Part shown: one piece after another, positions 62,096 to 64,000 of the stretch
Numbering within the stretch: position 1 is the first letter of the stretch
Layout: each line of letters begins with the position of its first letter
Assembly: GCF_963921235.1 (NCBI RefSeq)
Contig: NC_086101.1
Span: 192,138,001-192,202,000, forward strand
Direction of reading: 5' to 3'
Length of the DNA stretch: 64,000 nt
Source: Mobula hypostoma
Taxonomy: Eukaryota
Notes under the pieces: model-generated
The model's database searches: none
What the model saw: the letters and a program-made list of their open reading frames with translations, nothing else
What the model was told of the DNA's origin: nothing
Program-made: the position numbers and the translations under genes

Positions 62096-63189
62096 AATTC
62101 AATGAAGGACTCTCGTGAAGGCAACAATCAGCAAGTACAGGTGCACAAGAAACCGAGAAGCCCAGCGCTCTACGGCTCCCCTCAGGAGTCTGCAGGACAT
62201 ATGTCGGTCGTGTTGCCATTCTGGGTCTTGGGAGGAGATTACCACTGACCAGGCACTCATCTGGACTGGTTATGTAAGCAGCAAGCAAGCCAGAGGCTGG
62301 GTCTCTGGGAGGGAGCAGCCCACCTCCTGATACCCCATGGCATTTCCACCTCTGCAAGGCACAAGGCATTGGCCGAGCCATACTTGGAGTATTGTCAGCA
62401 GTTTTGGACCCCATATTTAAGGAAGCGTGTGCGAGCATTGGAGAAGGTGCAGAGATTACAGGGTGAAGGCAGGGGAATAGGGTTGAGAGGGAGAATAAAT
62501 CAGCCATGATGGAATGGCGGAGCAGAGAGTATGGTCTACTGTGTGTACTTCAGTTTCTCACCCATAAATCCACAGGGAGAACCTGTTCCCTTCTGAACCA
62601 AGATGCATGGTGTGAAAATGCTGGCCAGGAGTTACAAGGGGAAGGGTGAGGATTGTTTCAACCCTAAATCTGTAGTAACAAAGGCATTCGGAGAAGTATT
62701 GGATTGGCAGGAGATAACGTCCAGGACCATGGGATAAGAGAAAGATCAATGGGCTGATAGGATTGTCCTCCTGAGAGCTAGTATGGATTTGATAGGCTGA
62801 ATCTCCTGCTGTATGCTATCAGTGCTGCCCTCCAGTGTTCACTCGATGAAGACAAGTGGGATTGCATTGGTCTGCAGCTGCACTGGTGCACTAGCGTGAG
62901 ATGAGGAACTGCTACATGCTTATTCTTACAGAAACATGGCTCCAGGACAACATCCCATGCAACAGCAGTCTTCAGGCTATGACACTGAGGGACGTATGCT
63001 GATATTATTTTGTGACTGTATGGTTTTCTTTGCTATTGTAACAACAGTATATGTGCGGTGTGTGACTGTTGATGACTGTCTTTAATACATTGGCCCTGAG
63101 GAAAGCTGTTTCATTAGGCTGTGTACATGCGTATGGTTGAATGACAATTAAACTTGTGCTTGAGCTTCATTCTCTGATTTGTGTTACAG

Positions 63190-63243
63190 TGCACGACAGC
63201 AGCCCGTTGTACGACAACATCATCCCGAGCAGCAACAACAAAG
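63190..63243 (+). CDS. Cytoplasmic exon 3 with a tyrosine motif (VHDSSPLYDNIIPSSNNK)
   Basis: Acceptor ttctctgatttgtgttacAG and donor AAG|GTAAAC; 54 nt, phase 1-1, open. Confidence 0.75.
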
Positions 63244-63960
63244 GTAAACGCCAGCACCTTATTGGTTGAGAGTTTTGACCTCGTTTGTAGCAACAGGAGT
63301 GTTGGGAACTGGAGTGACACTCAATCTGGTAGAGAAATTCAGCGGGTCGAACTGCGTCCGTGGGGGAGAAATAAATTATCGATGTTTTGCAGGGTCTCAA
63401 TCCGAAATGTCAACAATCCCATTCCTTTGAGCTGCTGAGTTCCTGCTTACATTTCAAAGTTCAAAATAATTTTATCATCAAAGTACATATCTGTCACCAT
63501 GTACAACCTTAAGATCCATTTTCCTGCGGGCATACTCAATAAATCGATGACAATAATAGAATCAATGAAAGACCACACCAACAAGGTGGACAACCAGTGT
63601 GTAAAGACAACAGGCTGTGCAAATACAAAAAGAAAGAAATAATCATAGTAAATAAATAAGCAGTAAGTATCGAGAACACAAGATGAAGAGTCCTTGAAAG
63701 AGAGTCAGTAGTTTGTGGGAACGGTTCGGTGATGGGGTGAGTGAAGTCATTCCCTTTCATTTTGTGTTTATCTAACTTGTGTTCAGACTTGGTGGACCAA
63801 AAGCGATTGTGCTGAGGTGCCATCCTGTAGAGTTCTGAACCGTTTCAGCTGAGCCTCTCTGTTCCACTCCAGAGTGGAATGATCCTCTGACATGGGCAGT
63901 GTGTTTCCCACTGAACCCAGCACAAGGTCACCATGGTGTGGGGCACAGTCTGTCCTTCAG

Positions 63961-64000
63961 GAGATCGGGAGCGATCGCTGCCTACTGAGCTGGTTCTACA
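63961..64000 (+). CDS. Candidate next cytoplasmic exon (GDRERSLPTELVL..., runs off the window)
   Basis: Acceptor ctgtccttcAG at 63959-60, open in phase 1. An alternative acceptor at 63871-2 is also open in phase 1 to a TGA; I cannot choose between them. Confidence 0.3.

Noticed and set aside
62576-62609. Candidate cytoplasmic exon
   Set aside because: Weak acceptor and donor; its 34-nt length breaks the frame that 54858-63190 already satisfies.

Overview
Eukaryotic, repeat-dominated DNA; no prokaryotic features. The repeat families (CR1, Rex1/Babar, Penelope-like, V-SINE, Gypsy, hAT, L1) suggest a cartilaginous fish, probably a ray (inference). Most of the window is nested, decayed transposons. 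On the + strand runs a spliced Ig-superfamily receptor gene. It has three tandemly duplicated V-set exon copies: 11998-12387 and 31365-31754 are intact, and about 24104-24447 is 5'-truncated. Downstream are one transmembrane exon (43199-43285) and three phase-compatible cytoplasmic exons (44101-44140, 54806-54858, 63190-63243), the last with a YDNI motif. No leader exon or secure last exon was found. Main findings: (1) a Gypsy LTR element whose pol is replaced after the RT YVDD motif by an intron-less 344-codon ORF resembling the myosin-II heavy-chain rod; (2) a several-V-exons, one-constant-region receptor with loop-focused diversification; (3) the Gypsy 3' LTR fused in frame to the truncated V exon, offering a possible replacement splice acceptor; (4) minimal hammerhead ribozyme motifs in Penelope-derived elements. 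All protein-family comparisons are by eye against remembered sequences; no searches were run.
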